The notes beneath the pieces are model-generated. The model was not told the DNA's origin. It was given only the letters and a program-made list of their open reading frames with translations, and did no database searches. A stretch of DNA of 64,000 bases. Source: Eledone cirrhosa. Its lineage: Eukaryota. The DNA lies in assembly GCA_964016885.1 (NCBI GenBank), contig OZ024740.1, positions 369,148,001 to 369,212,000 of the forward strand, written 5' to 3'. This document shows, piece by piece, positions 43,201 to 58,023 of this stretch. Numbering within the stretch: the first letter of the stretch is position 1; each line of letters begins with the position of its first letter. Both the position numbers and the translations under genes were made by a program.

Positions 43201-45500
43201 GGCTGCACAAGGGGTAAATCGCCTGGTTTGGATTGTCTGCCCTATGAACTTTACGTACAGATGCCAGACTTGTTCGGAGGCCTCTTAGCGCACATCTACT
43301 GCAACTGGCAAAAGAACGGGAGAATTCCCAGCTCTATGAGCCGAAGAGCTGTGGCGCTACTGAGAAAGGATCCGAACAAAGGGGATAATATAGGTAATAT
43401 CAGGCCCATAACTCTGCTAAATACAAGGTTCAAGATTTTGACCAAGGTGCTAGCAAAGAGGTTGGCGCTTGTCGTTGGTGGTCTGGTGGGAGAGGCGCAG
43501 ACATACGCCATTCCCGACAGATCGATCCACGACAACCTCCACCTCATGCGATACATCGTAGAGAGGGTAGCTAAGGAACCTGGCACGGGTGGGTCCTTCA
43601 TAAATTTAGATCAGTCGAAAGCATTCGATAGGGTCGACCATCGTTACCTAGCGGCAGTCCTGAGGGAGGTTGGCTTTGGGCCCGTCTTCAGAGTCTGGAT
43701 CGCTGCCATGCACAGCGACATCTGCTCTGTGGTGAGAGTCAACGGTCACCTTTCGGAACCGTTCAACATCATGTGTTCGGTCCGCCAAGGAATACACCTC
43801 TCGTCCCTCTTGTACGTATTGACTCTCGAGCCATTACTGCACAAACTGGAGACGTTGAGGGGCGTCCCGCGCGAACTAGGATACGGAAGATCCGTGTCAG
43901 AATATGCGGACGATGTCACCGTAGTGGTGTCGAACGCCAAACACATCGAGGCGATCGGCACTACACGAAGAGAATACGAAGCGGAGACAGGAGCAATGAT
44001 CAACCAGGAAAAGTCAGTGGGCCTGCAGCTCGGCACCTGGAGAGGCAGGTACATGCCGTTCAACAGCGTCGTCGGGCGCTGGACGGACGGATCGGTTAAA
44101 TTGCTAGGGGTCTGGTTCGGTCCGGACCTCCAGACGGACAAAAACTGGGACGAGGTGACGAGCAGGTTGGCTTCTCTCACCCTGAAATGGGCCGAGAGGA
44201 AGCTATCCCTGAAAGGTCGAGCGGAGGTGGCTAGCGCGTACATCACGTCCGTCATCTACTACCGCCTGACCGTCGTAACTTGTCCTAAGCCCCGCCTGAC
44301 TGAGCTGGAGCGTTTGCTCTTTCGCTTTTTGTGGAAGGGACGCGCTCCGATGGTCAGGCGGTCCATCTGCTGTCAACACCCGCTACGTGGAGGGCTGGGC
44401 ATACCGTGGCTGATGATGCGCAGACACGCGCTCAGGCTACGACATCTCCACCTCTTCCTCGACGGTGATCAGGTGTGGTCGGCGTTTGCTAGACACGTCT
44501 TTCCCCAGCTCGTCTCCTTGACGGAGCTGCAGTCCTGAGTCAAGCAAAGACTGAGAGGGAGCGCTTGGAGACTGGAATGTCTTCAGGCGCTCACAGCCCT
44601 CGACCAATCGGGCAATGTGATCGGTGGAAACTCCACCTTGGCGTTCTATAGGGGATTAGTGGAGGGGAAGAGCGACGACGTACTTGCAGAAACTCTAGGC
44701 GTCGATGAAAATCAACTAGCCCATTTCTTCGGAAGGACTTTCGGGCCGGGGCCTATGGACAACTTCCATAAATCCCTGGCATTGCAGTGCTACCGAGGAG
44801 CTTTGCCAGTTCGGGATAAACTCTACAGGCATGGAGCTGTTGTCAGCCGGGCATGTCCGATATGTGCGCAGGGCGACGAAACCGTCCTGCATGCACTTGT
44901 CCAGTGTCCGAGCATTGCTGACTTGTGGGTTTATGTCGAACACCTGCTGTCACATGTAGGACGGATCCAGCTATCAGCTGAGTCCATTGTGAGGATTTCC
45001 CCGCCCTCTTCATTTAGCCGGGAAGGGCAGGCAGTTTTTATCTGTCTGGTGGCCATGGCGAAAGAGATAGTATGGTGGACACGTTTGAAAGGGCTGAATA
45101 CGAGCACTTACCTCTCCGGTGATGCCCTGATTAACTTTTTCAAATTTCATTTGAAAAAAAAAATCAGGGTAGAGAGGGAAGTGCTCTCTTCCCAGAATTT
45201 TGTTGAAAGATGAGTGAGACAAGCAAGTATGACCCGAGTGAACGGGCCTACTCTGAGTATGTGTCTGTAAATTAAAGGTCGAAAACTGTGAGAGGGCACT
45301 TGCCCTGGTGGTCAGGGTCACTGTGGTCTTTTAATGGGCTTTCTCCACAAATGTCCCTCGGAAGCCTCCCCCCTATTGGGGAATTTTTCATTGTTATTTT
45401 TATTACATCCTGAATGCCCATTTGTACCGTCCAGTATTGTCTTGTACTGTCCTTAATGTCTACTTTATGTAAATCCTTGTGGTTAATAAAGAAAACATTA
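40266..45500 (+). mobile_element. L1/Tx1-clade LINE, disrupted (ORF1, then APE-RT-CCHC ORF2)
   Basis: ORF1 has the knuckle CVVCGEGTHLRAFC. The APE starts MTSLRIGSINARGL at 42423. RT at 43063-44538 (KSPGLD, LDQSKAFDRV, YADD). The C-terminus has CPICAQGDETVLHALVQC. There is an internal deletion near 42955. It ends AATAAAgaaaaca(TTA)n. Confidence 0.9.
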
Positions 45501-45522
45501 TTATTATTATTATTATTATTAT

Positions 45523-45590
<68 letters not shown>

Positions 45591-45622
45591 ATGGTGGTGG
45601 TGGTGGTAGTAGTAGTAGTAGT
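45497..45622. repeat. (ATT)n(AGT)n(GGT)n compound microsatellite
   Basis: Read directly from the sequence. Confidence 0.95.
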
Positions 45623-45999
45623 CAATATCGTTTTGCGAGATTGTTATTCATGTAATAATGATTATGTTCCTATCACTTACATGTCAAGTAAGACTTTTAT
45701 TTATATGATACACATTCCAATATTTATTAAACAATGCAACCTTGATGTTTTTGCGTTTGCACCTGACTTGCTGGATTATCCGTCACCACCACATATAATA
45801 TAGTTTATAGTCAGTATGTACTACATTATATGACACATGTAAGTAAGTCGTATAAGTAAGATGGATGATCATAAGTCAGGTTTAAAGGACAAAACTTCAG
45901 AAAGGTGTAGGTTTTGCCAAAACATTGTCAAGTAAATGGATTCAAAAATATGCTGTAAATTATGAAATATATGGCACAACACTAAATATGAAGATGCCA

Positions 46000-48640
46000 G
46001 CCAGGAAATATTAATGTTTCTGACAACGCATGATGACAATATCATTAGCTGGCACTACAGTAGGTAAAATATTTGTGACCTGGAAAATATTGGCTCATGT
46101 GATAAAATTGTCGAAGGGCCTGTAAAATATTGAAAGAGTCTAGGGCTTCTTGAAAGTGAAAATTATAACTAAATTAAAGAGGTAAAGTCTAATATCACAG
46201 AGAGAACGAGATGTTGGATAAGATGAGATCAGGACAAATCTGCGTGATGAAATAAAGATGGAACTCTATATAGATTTGTGGGATAACCCATATAAATTGA
46301 AACGAACGGAGAATTAACTTGATTACTGGAAATAGTTCAATTTGCCTAAATAGAATTGGAATATACATGGAGAGATGTAGCTCAATCTACGTTTGAAAAC
46401 CATGCCTGTGCAAGCACAGTGCGTGAAAGTATAAATGAAACTAATGTATTTCAACAAATAACACATCAAATCCTGATCCAATTAGATAGAAGGGACAAAC
46501 TACTTCTGCATGGTGTAAGTTTGGAGATTAAATCAAGTATGAACTTGTGAATCGGAGAGAAAACCTATATGTCAAGAGGGTATGTATTGACATTTCAATG
46601 TGATTTGCTTGAATTGTCTCGACGGTCATACAGTTAGAATCAAGGATGACAAATATAAAATTAGGAGATCCAGACACGAGAGTAAATAACAAATATCGTT
46701 TACCACGCGTAAATGTATTTATAGATGTTAAACATTTTTTTTTCAGAAATTAGGACATTCAGACGCCATGCTTTGCAACGCAGTTACGTCCCTTTACGAA
46801 CTGAGTTCAAATCCCGCCGAGGTTAACTTTGCCTTTCATCCTTACGGGATCGATAAAATAAAGTACCAGTAAGGTACTGGGTAATTGCTGGCCTTGTGCC
46901 AAAAGTAGAAACAATTATTTTCTAAATATGCAGTATCTAGTAATCAAATAACAAGTGATTAAGAAGAGGTATATTTCCTTGTTAATCAAGAAATTTCCCA
47001 TGAGCTTTAGAAATTGTAATTTCTACGAGTATATCAGTAAAGAGAGACAAGTGAAAATAATACCGTGTTAGAGTTGTGTGTTTCTAGAAGCCTTAACCCT
47101 TAGAGTATTACAACAAAAGACCTTTCGAATTATAGCAGAGGATTGCGTGGCATAATAAAAATGAGAGATCGTTGCTAGTGTGTTTCAATTCACCAAGCAT
47201 TAATTAGAAACTCACATCACTAAATTTAAAAAGATACTGTCTTGTATAAGATCTTTATTAATATTTAGGAGATTATTATATAAAACAGCATGTAGAGTTC
47301 ACAACTCGATTTAGGGTGGACTGTAATTCTAAACACACTTTTTTTCATAATTACTGAAAATGATACACTGGCGGATGATATAAGAATAATAAATCAAATA
47401 GACAAAAGTGACCATGAGTGCATTCCTTTTGAATATGTGTTGGGAAAATAAAAAAATGTTTCCTCTGCGGGAAAGCCGAATAGAATTCTGAAACACAAAC
47501 ATTATAAATTTGAGAGCGTATATAGCGAACCATGTTAAAATACTAAAAATTGGGAAATGAAGTTAATCTTGGAAGGAAATACATAAAAGGGATAATATGA
47601 GATTGAGGATTGATTCGGAATAAAAATGGCCAAAGTATGATCGACGAAAAATTGGATGACATATTGTGGAAATTATTATACAAGTATCAAGAACGAAGAT
47701 AAAGAATGTGTAGTGTTTTAATACAATTCAAAACATTTAATACCAAACTGATAAGAAAGATGAAAATCTTGCCAAAAATGTAAAGTTGAACCCTAAAATA
47801 TTTTGGAGAAAAGTCAAATGGACACAAAAAGCAAATCCCAATGGAATTGTAAATAGCTGGCATGAAATCATTAAAACGTAGATAAATGAAGAGAAGACTG
47901 AAGTACTCATAAGTTAGTTTATTGTTGTGCACACCAAATAGTAACGAAGTTTCTTAGTGACAGCTATCCCAGACACAAGCACAAGTTTTGAGAAACCTAC
48001 TTGCGAAATTCACCCGCAGATCATCAAGAAGACAAGGCTATAATCAGATTTCATTTTAAATTTTTCATTTGCATACTATGATAAACTCTGAGACACAGAA
48101 AGAGAGAAATAATTGATGCGATTCGAAAAAGTAATCTTTCGTACGTCTCACGGCATCTAATGAAATATTATGAAATGAAAGCATAATGATCCATACAAAC
48201 GAATATAATTAGTGCGATGTTAAACAATTTAATTTCATCTCACATAGATCAATCACTGTAAGTGGGTGTATTATTTGCTACGTGGAAATTGGTCTGACAT
48301 TGGTTATTTTCACATGGTGTCTAAATGGAAACGTGAAAACAATTTTGGAGCATTCTGCAATGGATTATGCGTTGTAAAGAAAATGAAAGTAAATGAATGT
48401 TTTGGCTGTGAAAGAAGCGATGTGGCGCAGTGTGGTAAGTGGTCAACCATAAATGTGTGATACCTTGTGTATCGTTGTCTGTTATATACAATAATAACCA
48501 GCCCAAATTTATCAATAATAATGACATATTTATTCGTACGAAACAATGAAATGTCAAGTTATATTGTGAATGCAATGTCTGCGTCAATCATCAAAACGAT
48601 TCGAACATGCTTGAAATTTCTAAGAAAAGATGATTTTGAA
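46000..48640 (+). mobile_element. Scattered, very old CR1-like LINE remnants
   Basis: LAKNVKLNPKIFWR at about 47780 and IVNAMSASIIK at about 48565 resemble CR1 linker and C-terminal motifs. Boundaries are uncertain. Confidence 0.35.
46750..46918 (+). mobile_element. tRNA-derived SINE (same family)
   Basis: B box, core and tail present. Confidence 0.85.
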
Positions 48641-48725
48641 ATCGCATTACAAGAAATACGTATTTACAAGAAAACAAAGAACGCCAGTACACTCGTGTGA
48701 GAGAGAGAGATAGAGAGAAAGAGAA

Positions 48726-48760
<35 letters not shown>

Positions 48761-49029
48761 CAAATAATGTGTGTATAGGTGAGAGAGCGAGAGAGGGAGG
48801 GACATGAAGTGAGAGAAGAATGGAGGAAATACTCGAAGGAATTTACCCAGTTTGGTGACGGAGGAACATTCGTGACTGAAGAACACTTTAAAGAAAATAA
48901 GTAACAATAACATACTCTTGGAAACTATAAATAGATATTTCAGTTCATTCGATGAAGAAATATTCTAAATATTATATTCAACATTGGTGGGACAGAATAT
49001 GTTAAAACCACCCGGTAACCACACACAAA

Positions 49030-49220
49030 ATAATTGTTTCTACTTTAGGCACAAGGCCAGCAATTATCCCAGTGTATTACTGGTACTTTATTTTATCGAC
49101 CCCGTAAGGATGAAAGGCAAAGTTAACCTTGGCGGGATTTGAACTCAGACCGTAGAGGGACGTATCTCTATGCTTCAAACCATGGTGTCCGACTCTCTAC
49201 CGGTACTGCCAATCCACCAC
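49030..49220 (-). mobile_element. tRNA-derived SINE
   Basis: Full A box, B box, core and tail on the minus strand. Confidence 0.85.
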
Positions 49221-50424
49221 ATAAAATAATGATCATCGGATTGATAGATAATTATATAGTTGTGAGAATAGTACATTTATAATATTGAGCAGTAAAGTTT
49301 AGTTGGTTAGAAGCTTTTAAATTACGTCAGAAATCAAGACTTGCATGTTTAAAGCTTCAAACGATTTTGAACTGAAAATGTAACCGACCGTAACTAAAAG
49401 CGTAAAGCTATTTGACCGACACACTAGGACCGGGCAATCTCCGGACATTTGTAGTAACAATGATGGTTCCTAATTTAAGAATAATGCCCTAAATTTTGCA
49501 GGGAGTTGAACGACTAGAAAATCGATTCAAGTACTGTACTGGTACTTTATATTAATGGCGTCGGGAGGATGAAAGGCAATGTTGATCTAGGAATAATTTT
49601 ACAATAGAATGTAAAGAGCCCGAAGAACTAATGAAGCTTATCTAGTCGGATAGTTACACGGATAATTCCAATTCAATGCACTTAATAAAATCTAATAATA
49701 GCAAGACACAAAAACAATGGTGCGATCATTGGTGACAGTCGATATCACTGAACCCACAATTTCATCGCATTTCATCCACCTCAGATTTGGAAACCAGATT
49801 TGACCGCAGATTTGAAACCAGGATGCGAAAGTTCGGAACAATGCAACCATAGTTGCGCTTAGTAATACAGTTAATACACGCAATTAACCCAAGACACCTG
49901 ATCGGTTATGAAGATGATAAAGATAGTGCTGCTGCAGATGATTATGATGACGAAATCTAACACCGGCAAGTCATTTATCAGGGAGTATGGCCGAATATAT
50001 CATATGTAGATGTAGTCGATCTTGACATGAATTGAATCGAACATATAGAATTTAGTATCTAAAATGTTGCAACATAAAATAAGGCTCATGATTCACAATA
50101 GTTGTGTTGATAGTGGTGATTCTAAGAGTATATATAAGTGCAGTTGCTAAAAAAGAAATATATCACACCAACAGACATCAACATCACTAATAATTATTTC
50201 TACATTTAAGACAAAGCCGGCACTTTCAATGGAAGGAGAAACTCTACTAAATTGACATCAGTGCCCCACAGGTATTTTACTTACCGACCACGTAAGGTGG
50301 AAAGGCCAAGCTACCTTCAGCAGGATTTGACCGTAAATGGCCATAACTATATGCAGCAAAACATTGTGTCCGATATTCTCACAATACTGCCAATTCACCA
50401 TCCTCATGATGATGATGATGATGA

Positions 50425-50840
50425 TGATAATTGTTTCTACTTTTGGCACAAGGTCAGCAATTACCCCAGTGCATTACTGGTGCTTTATTTTATCGACCCT
50501 GTAAGGATGAAAGGCAAATTAACCTCGGAGGGATTTGAACTCAGACGTAAAGGGCCATACTGCTGCGTTGCAAAGCATGGTGTCTAACGCGGTCCTATAC
50601 TGCCAAACCACCGCCAAACCACCGCCAAACCACCGATGATGATGATAATAATAGCAATGTTTCTGATTTAGGCACAAGACCAACAACATTGGGGGAGGGG
50701 AAAGACGATTAAATCGATCCCGTAATGATGAAAGGCAAAGTTAACCTCGGCGGGATTTGAACTTAGAATGTAAAGGGCCGTAACTCTATACATTAAGCCT
50801 GTTGTTCCACGCTCTATCGTTCTGCCAATTAACCGCTTTG
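50425..50840 (-). mobile_element. Two tandem SINE copies
   Basis: Two gatttgaact B boxes with cores, at 50425-50615 and 50655-50840. Confidence 0.8.
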
Positions 50841-50989
50841 ATAATAATGATAATAATTATGATTATAATGTAGAGGACACATAACTTGATAGGAAGTCGA
50901 TTATATGATCTCGTGTGCCAGAAATGTTTAGTTATAATTATAATTATTATTAGTCATATTTTATTGACACTGGATCATTTAATTAACTC

Positions 50990-51405
50990 CCTATCAAGTT
51001 ATGTAACCTGAGATAGACATTACTTTCCGAAGGATATATGCTGTTCCCAAAAGGATTGTTTTTCGCAATATCGTAATGCTGGGGCTGATTCTATTTTTAT
51101 CCAGGTTTTTCTGGAAATTTTCTCACCGAACCAAGTGTTCGAATCATAATAGGTACCACACTGTGATTGGAGCACTTGGGTCGGTGACACAAACAATATT
51201 ATTATTATCGATATTATTATTATTATTATTGGAGTCTCAGTCATTGATGTTATTTAACCGGTAAGTTTGTTCAAATGAACATCAAACCGCTGCCTCAGCT
51301 ATTTAGGACGTTTCGGAGTGTTCTAGTTATTCCCAGCAAGCGTACCTTTTGAAGTGTTCCAAGAAAAGGGGCTGACTAATTTTCTTTAACCATCCTTGAA
51401 AACTG
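50990..51405 (-). mobile_element. Two tandem 3' fragments of Dong-type elements separated by (ATT)n
   Basis: 51232-51400 matches 35961-36140 (tctcagtcattgatgtt, cagcaagc...ttttgaag). 51020-51130 encodes a RKTILLGTAYILRK-like C-terminus. Confidence 0.7.
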
Positions 51406-51765
51406 GCACTATCGGTAGAGCGTGAGACATCATGCTTTGCAGCGTAATGTGGCCCATTACGTTGTGATTTCAAATCCCGCCATCGTTATTTTTGATGTTC
51501 ATCCTTACGGTGGCGATAAAATGAAGCACCAGTAATGCACTGTTTATTATTTTTATCTTAATCATTGTTATTTTATTTGGATTGGCAGTATCGGTAGAGA
51601 GTAGGACACACCATGCTTTGACGCATAGAGTTACAGCCCTTGCCATTCTGAGTTCAAATCCCGCCGAGGTTAACTTTGCCTTTCATCCTTACGGGGTCGA
51701 TAAAATAAAGTACCAGTAATGTACTGGATATTTGCGGCCTTGTGCCTAAAATAGAAACAATTATT
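51405..51765 (+). mobile_element. Two tandem SINE copies
   Basis: 51405-51542 (diverged) and 51579-51765. Confidence 0.8.
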
Positions 51766-52299
51766 ATTTTATTTATTTATGTGGTATAATGTTGACAATT
51801 TCAGACGGTATTAAAAATAATAACACTAAAAGCTGATCAGTTGTTTACAGAAACGAGATATAAACAAAGAGAAAACACAGCGAGTCAAGTTTGATCAATG
51901 GAAAGGTAGCATAATGCGTGACGAAAGTATCCTGTCAGTTAAAGAACAGGATTAGTTACATAACTAGCAATGGATTCAGCAGGTTTAGGTTTGTTTTTGT
52001 CAACAATATAACCCTAGCAATATGTGAAATAAAGTGTTTAAAAATTCGATTTCATATCAAGAAACCTGTAATACGAAACAAACAAAGAAATGAAAACACG
52101 GCATAAAATAGACAAATTTAATAGTAATTGCAACAAAATAACGATACAGAAATGCCATCAGCATCAACATAACACATGCACCAAGTTGAGAAACAATAGA
52201 TATTAGGTATAAAATGTACAAGAATAAATAAAACCGTGACAGAAGAATCTTAGTAAAGTGGCGGAAGTTAGGAAGCACACCTGCACATGCATGCATAGA

Positions 52300-52335
<36 letters not shown>

Positions 52336-52339
<4 letters not shown>

Positions 52340-52527
52340 AACGAGTAGGACGCCGACGGCTGAGCTCAAGCCGTTTCGACGGCTAATTCTGTACTAGAAT
52401 TAGCCGTCAAAACGGCTTGAGCTCAGCCGTCGGGGTCCTACTCGTTCCTATTATGCACTCTACTAACGCAAGTATTGAGTACTTTGGTGTGTTATGGTCC
52501 ATCTGGTTTCTTACCACATTTCTTTCG

Positions 52528-52530
<3 letters not shown>
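52336..52530 (+). mobile_element. Family A copy
   Basis: Near-perfect palindrome of about 115 bp plus tail, flanked by (TA)n. Confidence 0.8.
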
Positions 52531-52597
<67 letters not shown>

Positions 52598-52971
52598 ATG
52601 TATGTATGTATGTATGTATGTATGTATGTATGTATGTATGTATATATCATCTTGATAAAGGTAAATATTATCTTGGTTAAGAGAGTGGGACAGGCTTTGT
52701 GCAGTGCCTTTGCTCACTATAAGTGCTTCACGGCACATGCATTGCTTTATATCTGGAGATATCTCTGCACTTGTCGTCACATGGTACCATGGGCCCAACA
52801 CTATGTGTCAATAATTGTCACAAGTGTAGTGTTTGTACCAGGCTGGACTAAAATAGTCACAATCGTTCAGCGCATTGGTACGAGTTCTCCTACATGGATA
52901 TAAAGTAGTGGCCGTACTCGAAAACGAGTTGGCAGATACCATGTGTATATACATATATGTTTATATATACA

Positions 52972-53009
<38 letters not shown>

Positions 53010-53082
53010 GTATATTTGATTATGTATAAATATCTATATCTATATATATGTATATATATATATATTGTATGTATATATATAC

Positions 53083-53115
<33 letters not shown>

Positions 53116-53140
53116 ATGTGTGTAGCTGTTTGTATATGTA

Positions 53141-53209
<69 letters not shown>

Positions 53210-53467
53210 TATATATATATATATACATATATATATTTATTTATTTATATATATATGTAAGTATATATATATGTATATATGTATGTATGCATATATACAT
53301 GTTTGTATATACGAATATTTGTACATTAATATATTTGTGCTAGTTTGGGCATGTGTGTGCATATGCATTTATATATAGTTATTATATACATACACACACA
53401 TTCATACACAAACGCACACACACACACACACAGACGCACACATAAACACACGCATACACACACACCG

Positions 53468-53517
<50 letters not shown>

Positions 53518-53864
53518 ACACGCAAACTAGCAATAGTAATAAGCAAAGCCAGTGTAATAATACAGAGAACACTGGGTAAGGTAACCCTGGAAACGGAGGA
53601 GCATTATGTTATTTTCACAATAATTATATATAAATTTCGACCATTATCATCACTCACACATTTCATATATACATTTAAATATGTATACATATATATATAT
53701 ATATTTATATATATATATATATATATACATTTATATATGTATACATACATATATGTATATATATATATTTATATAATGGAAAATTTTGAACAGGGACAAA
53801 ACAGAGAGGCAGTACAACAAATGTTTATTAATTTCACGCTCAGGAGAGTGGGGTGTTGGTGGGG

Positions 53865-53900
53865 GACGACGTTTCGGGCATAAGCCCTTCCTCAGGTGGG
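53865..53900 (-). ncRNA. Hammerhead-core-like motif (second copy at 832-858, plus strand)
   Basis: CTGAGGA a gggc ttat gccc GAAA CGTC GTC; stem I is at most 2 bp. Confidence 0.5.
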
Positions 53901-53949
53901 AAATGTGTGGGAACAGAGTTCAAAGGTGTGTGTGTGTGTGCGTGTGTGC

Positions 53950-54102
<153 letters not shown>

Positions 54103-54186
54103 GGTAATTTATTCCGGATTGAATCGGAGGTAACAACAGTAGGTAAGGTACTCAATACTTAGCAGAGTATAATAGTTTTAATATAG

Positions 54187-54280
54187 ATGACATTCTACAG
54201 TACTAGAACTGTTTAATTATTTAGAAATCATCAGGATGATTTCTAAAGAATGAAACAGTTCTAGTCCTGTAGAATCTCAT
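54187..54280. repeat. 94-bp palindrome containing hammerhead fragments
   Basis: The arms meet at catc-ag-gatg. They contain (CT)GATGA tttc taaa gaat GAAA cag TT. Confidence 0.7.
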
Positions 54281-54447
54281 ATATATATATATATATATGG
54301 ATGTGTGAGTATGTATACAATGTATCCCATAAAATGTATACATACTTTGATCACCTGTACAACAATATGTATTAGAAAGCAAAGCCTTTGTGTATACATT
54401 TGCTGGGACACACTGCATGTATATATATATATATATATATATACATA

Positions 54448-54504
<57 letters not shown>

Positions 54505-54530
54505 TTCTATGTATACATATATATATATAA

Positions 54531-54568
<38 letters not shown>

Positions 54569-54570
54569 AC

Positions 54571-54615
<45 letters not shown>

Positions 54616-54642
54616 CAAATATATATATTTGTTTATATATAC

Positions 54643-55025
<383 letters not shown>

Positions 55026-55117
55026 CACGGCCACTCACATACGCACCCACACCAGCATACAGAATCACACATATATATAGATTCATGTATATATATAAAT
55101 GTGTGTATATATCTCTC

Positions 55118-55205
<88 letters not shown>

Positions 55206-55544
55206 CCTTTTTCTCTCTCTCTGTCTCTGTATGCAGATCCAATTCATATGAAAAAAATACCATCAACAGAATGGAGCTGTAATTACATAGCAATTAATAA
55301 TTTCATTTAACCTGGTTTCATATGAAGACCACTCCGGAATCCACCATATAAAACACGCGCGTAACAATTGTAACGAAAGCAACCCGTCATTTGAATCGAA
55401 CCACGTACATTTTAGGTAGCTATTTTATCGATTTTCATAGAATTTGATCTAAGAACTTAGAGAGAAATTGGGAACGATTTGTTGCATTTATTCCAGCTGG
55501 TTATAGTTTATAACCTTGCCTCGTATAGCCTACTTTGATAATAA

Positions 55545-55945
55545 GAATAATTGTTTCTACTTCTGGTACAAGGCCAGCAATTATCCAGTGCATTACAAGT
55601 ACTGTATATTTATCGACCCCGTAAAGATGAAAGGCAAAGTCAACCTCGGCGGGATTTGAACTCAGATCGTTAAGGGACGTAACTATGCTGGAAAGCATGG
55701 CATCCGACCCTCTACCGATATGATGATTCGTAATAATTGTTACTACTATAGGCACACGGCTAACAATTTTAGGGGAGAGGCAAATCAACATCAGTTCGTT
55801 ACTGGTACTTTATATTATACGACCCAGTAAGTATGAAAGGTAAAGCTAACATCGGCGGGATTTGAACTCAGAACGTAAAGGACCGTAACTCTATGTTACA
55901 TAGCATGTTATCCGGTGCCCTACGGATACTCCCAATCTACATCCC
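55545..55945 (-). mobile_element. Two tandem SINE copies near the GABBR2-like exon
   Basis: 55545-55720 and 55735-55945; a third degenerate copy at about 56120-56220. Confidence 0.8.
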
Positions 55946-56481
55946 TAATGATGATATAAAATAATGATAGTGGCTACAAACTTGGACGATAATTGTCAAC
56001 AATGTGGAGTAGTGAAACTTTATTTTATTGATGAGTATAGTAAATAACATAAATTAATTTAATTACTTACATAAATGGATATGGATTAGCTGTCGAAAAG
56101 GTTGACTCTACTACTTGACGGGCATTTTATATTACCGACCCCAGAAATATGAACGGCAATATCGACCTCGGATATTAACGCCGATATGTTTGTCTGACGT
56201 TCTATCGAATCTGCCAATAATTAATACCCACTAACTAAAGGACCCTATATTTGCTATAAGAGCATCAGAAATATAAGTTAGCAATAATTACCAACACTAT
56301 GTGAAAAAAAAAAAAATGAAAAAAAAAAATAATAATAATGCCTAGTACCTTTCGGAGATAAATTTTCAATATAAATAAATATATTTCTCTAGAAATCATC
56401 CTGATAAAGTTACAGATATATAGGTGTACGAAAAAATACTGCATTTTTAAACAATAGACTGCATTTTTAAACAATAAATGC

Positions 56482-56656
<175 letters not shown>

Positions 56657-56698
56657 ATAATTACAAGAATATGCGCCGTTCAAGGTGCGATAATTTAC

Positions 56699-57022
56699 CT
56701 TGGTGTCGTTCCAATTTACAGTAAGGTTCCAGTGAGGTAAGATTCCCGGATCGGAGTTCACTTTCTCTATGGCAAGTTCTACAGCTGGACGGACCCCACG
56801 TCCTATGGCACCAGCTTCACGGTCAGTTGTTGTGGGAAACAATCCGATTATATGTAAATCCGAACTAACCCCAGCTACGAAGAATAAGAACGTAGCCAGC
56901 ACCTGTTGTCTAATAACAACCATTGAACGGACGCTTTCCTTCATGGGGTGCAGCTTTAAGAATTTCACCTGGGATTTTCGTAGGCCTGTTGTGTTCTGCC
57001 AAATATACCTACCGCCCTCCAT
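56699..57022 (-). CDS. GABBR2: First coding exon of a GABA-B receptor subunit 2-like class C GPCR (signal peptide and start of the Venus-flytrap domain)
   Basis: The translation ...QQVLATFLFFVAGVSS-DLHIIGLFPTTTDREAGAIGRGVRPAVELAIEKVNSDPGILPHWNLTVNWNDTK matches the GABA-B R2 N-terminal pattern (GxxP...G.IGRGV.PAVELA...DT). It ends at a phase-0 donor AAG|gtaaat (GT at 56698-56697). The start could be the ATG at 57022, 56944 or 56923. Confidence 0.85.
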
Positions 57023-57433
57023 CCACTGTTGCTCGCTTTGTTATGAGTGGTTTTTATTTTTCTATTCTTATTTTCCACCAACGCCGACTACTCTGAATTG
57101 AGACCGGTGGAAGCTTTTGGTGTCTCTGATGTGCACGGTGTGTCTTTTTGTGTCTGTGTGCGCGTGCGAGTTGATTATATGTACAGTGCAGTTTAGAACG
57201 GTGAGGTACAGTGTAATGTGGATGTGCCAATGCTTCTGTTTGTCTGTGCGTGAGTATGTGCGCGTGTGTGGAATGTGCTGTATGTTTAGTGTCGTAAACG
57301 TGAGGTGCACGCACACGTTCTCATTGTCATAGTAGTGCTGTCTTCAAATAATATATATATATATATATATATATGAGTATATACACAAACTCACACGTAA
57401 ACACACACACACACACACACTCACACACTTATA

Positions 57434-57477
<44 letters not shown>

Positions 57478-58023
57478 TATAAGCCACTGTGTGTATGTGT
57501 GCGTGTGGGATGCCTGTTTATTTCTATTTTAATTTGTACGTTTTTGTTCAGCTACAAGTAGATCCACGTACAGCCAACTATATGCGTGTGTTTTGTGTAT
57601 GTGCGTTGATATGTGGTTGTGTCCATGTTGTGTTCATGTGCGTCTATGCGTGTCTACGAGTGTATCTGCATGTCTATTTCTCTTGTGCATGTGCGTTTAT
57701 GCGCATCTATGTGTGCCTATGCATGTGCTAGCGAACGCGTTTCTACGTATCTTTTTACCGTATAAAGAAGTGTATTAGCAAATCGTTAGAGAAGTTTCAT
57801 ATTAAGAAGTAATTGTCGTGGATAATGATGCTGTTCTTGTTATTGATATTGTTGATGACAATTATTATGCAGAGGTAGATAATGATGACGAAGATGATAA
57901 CGATGGTTATGATAATGATAATAGATGATTTCGAATGAGTTCGGGAAATGATGGGTGGGTGATGTCGAGGCTAAGTTGACGACAACGTCGAAATGACGTT
58001 GTGGGCAATCCGAATATCCAGCA

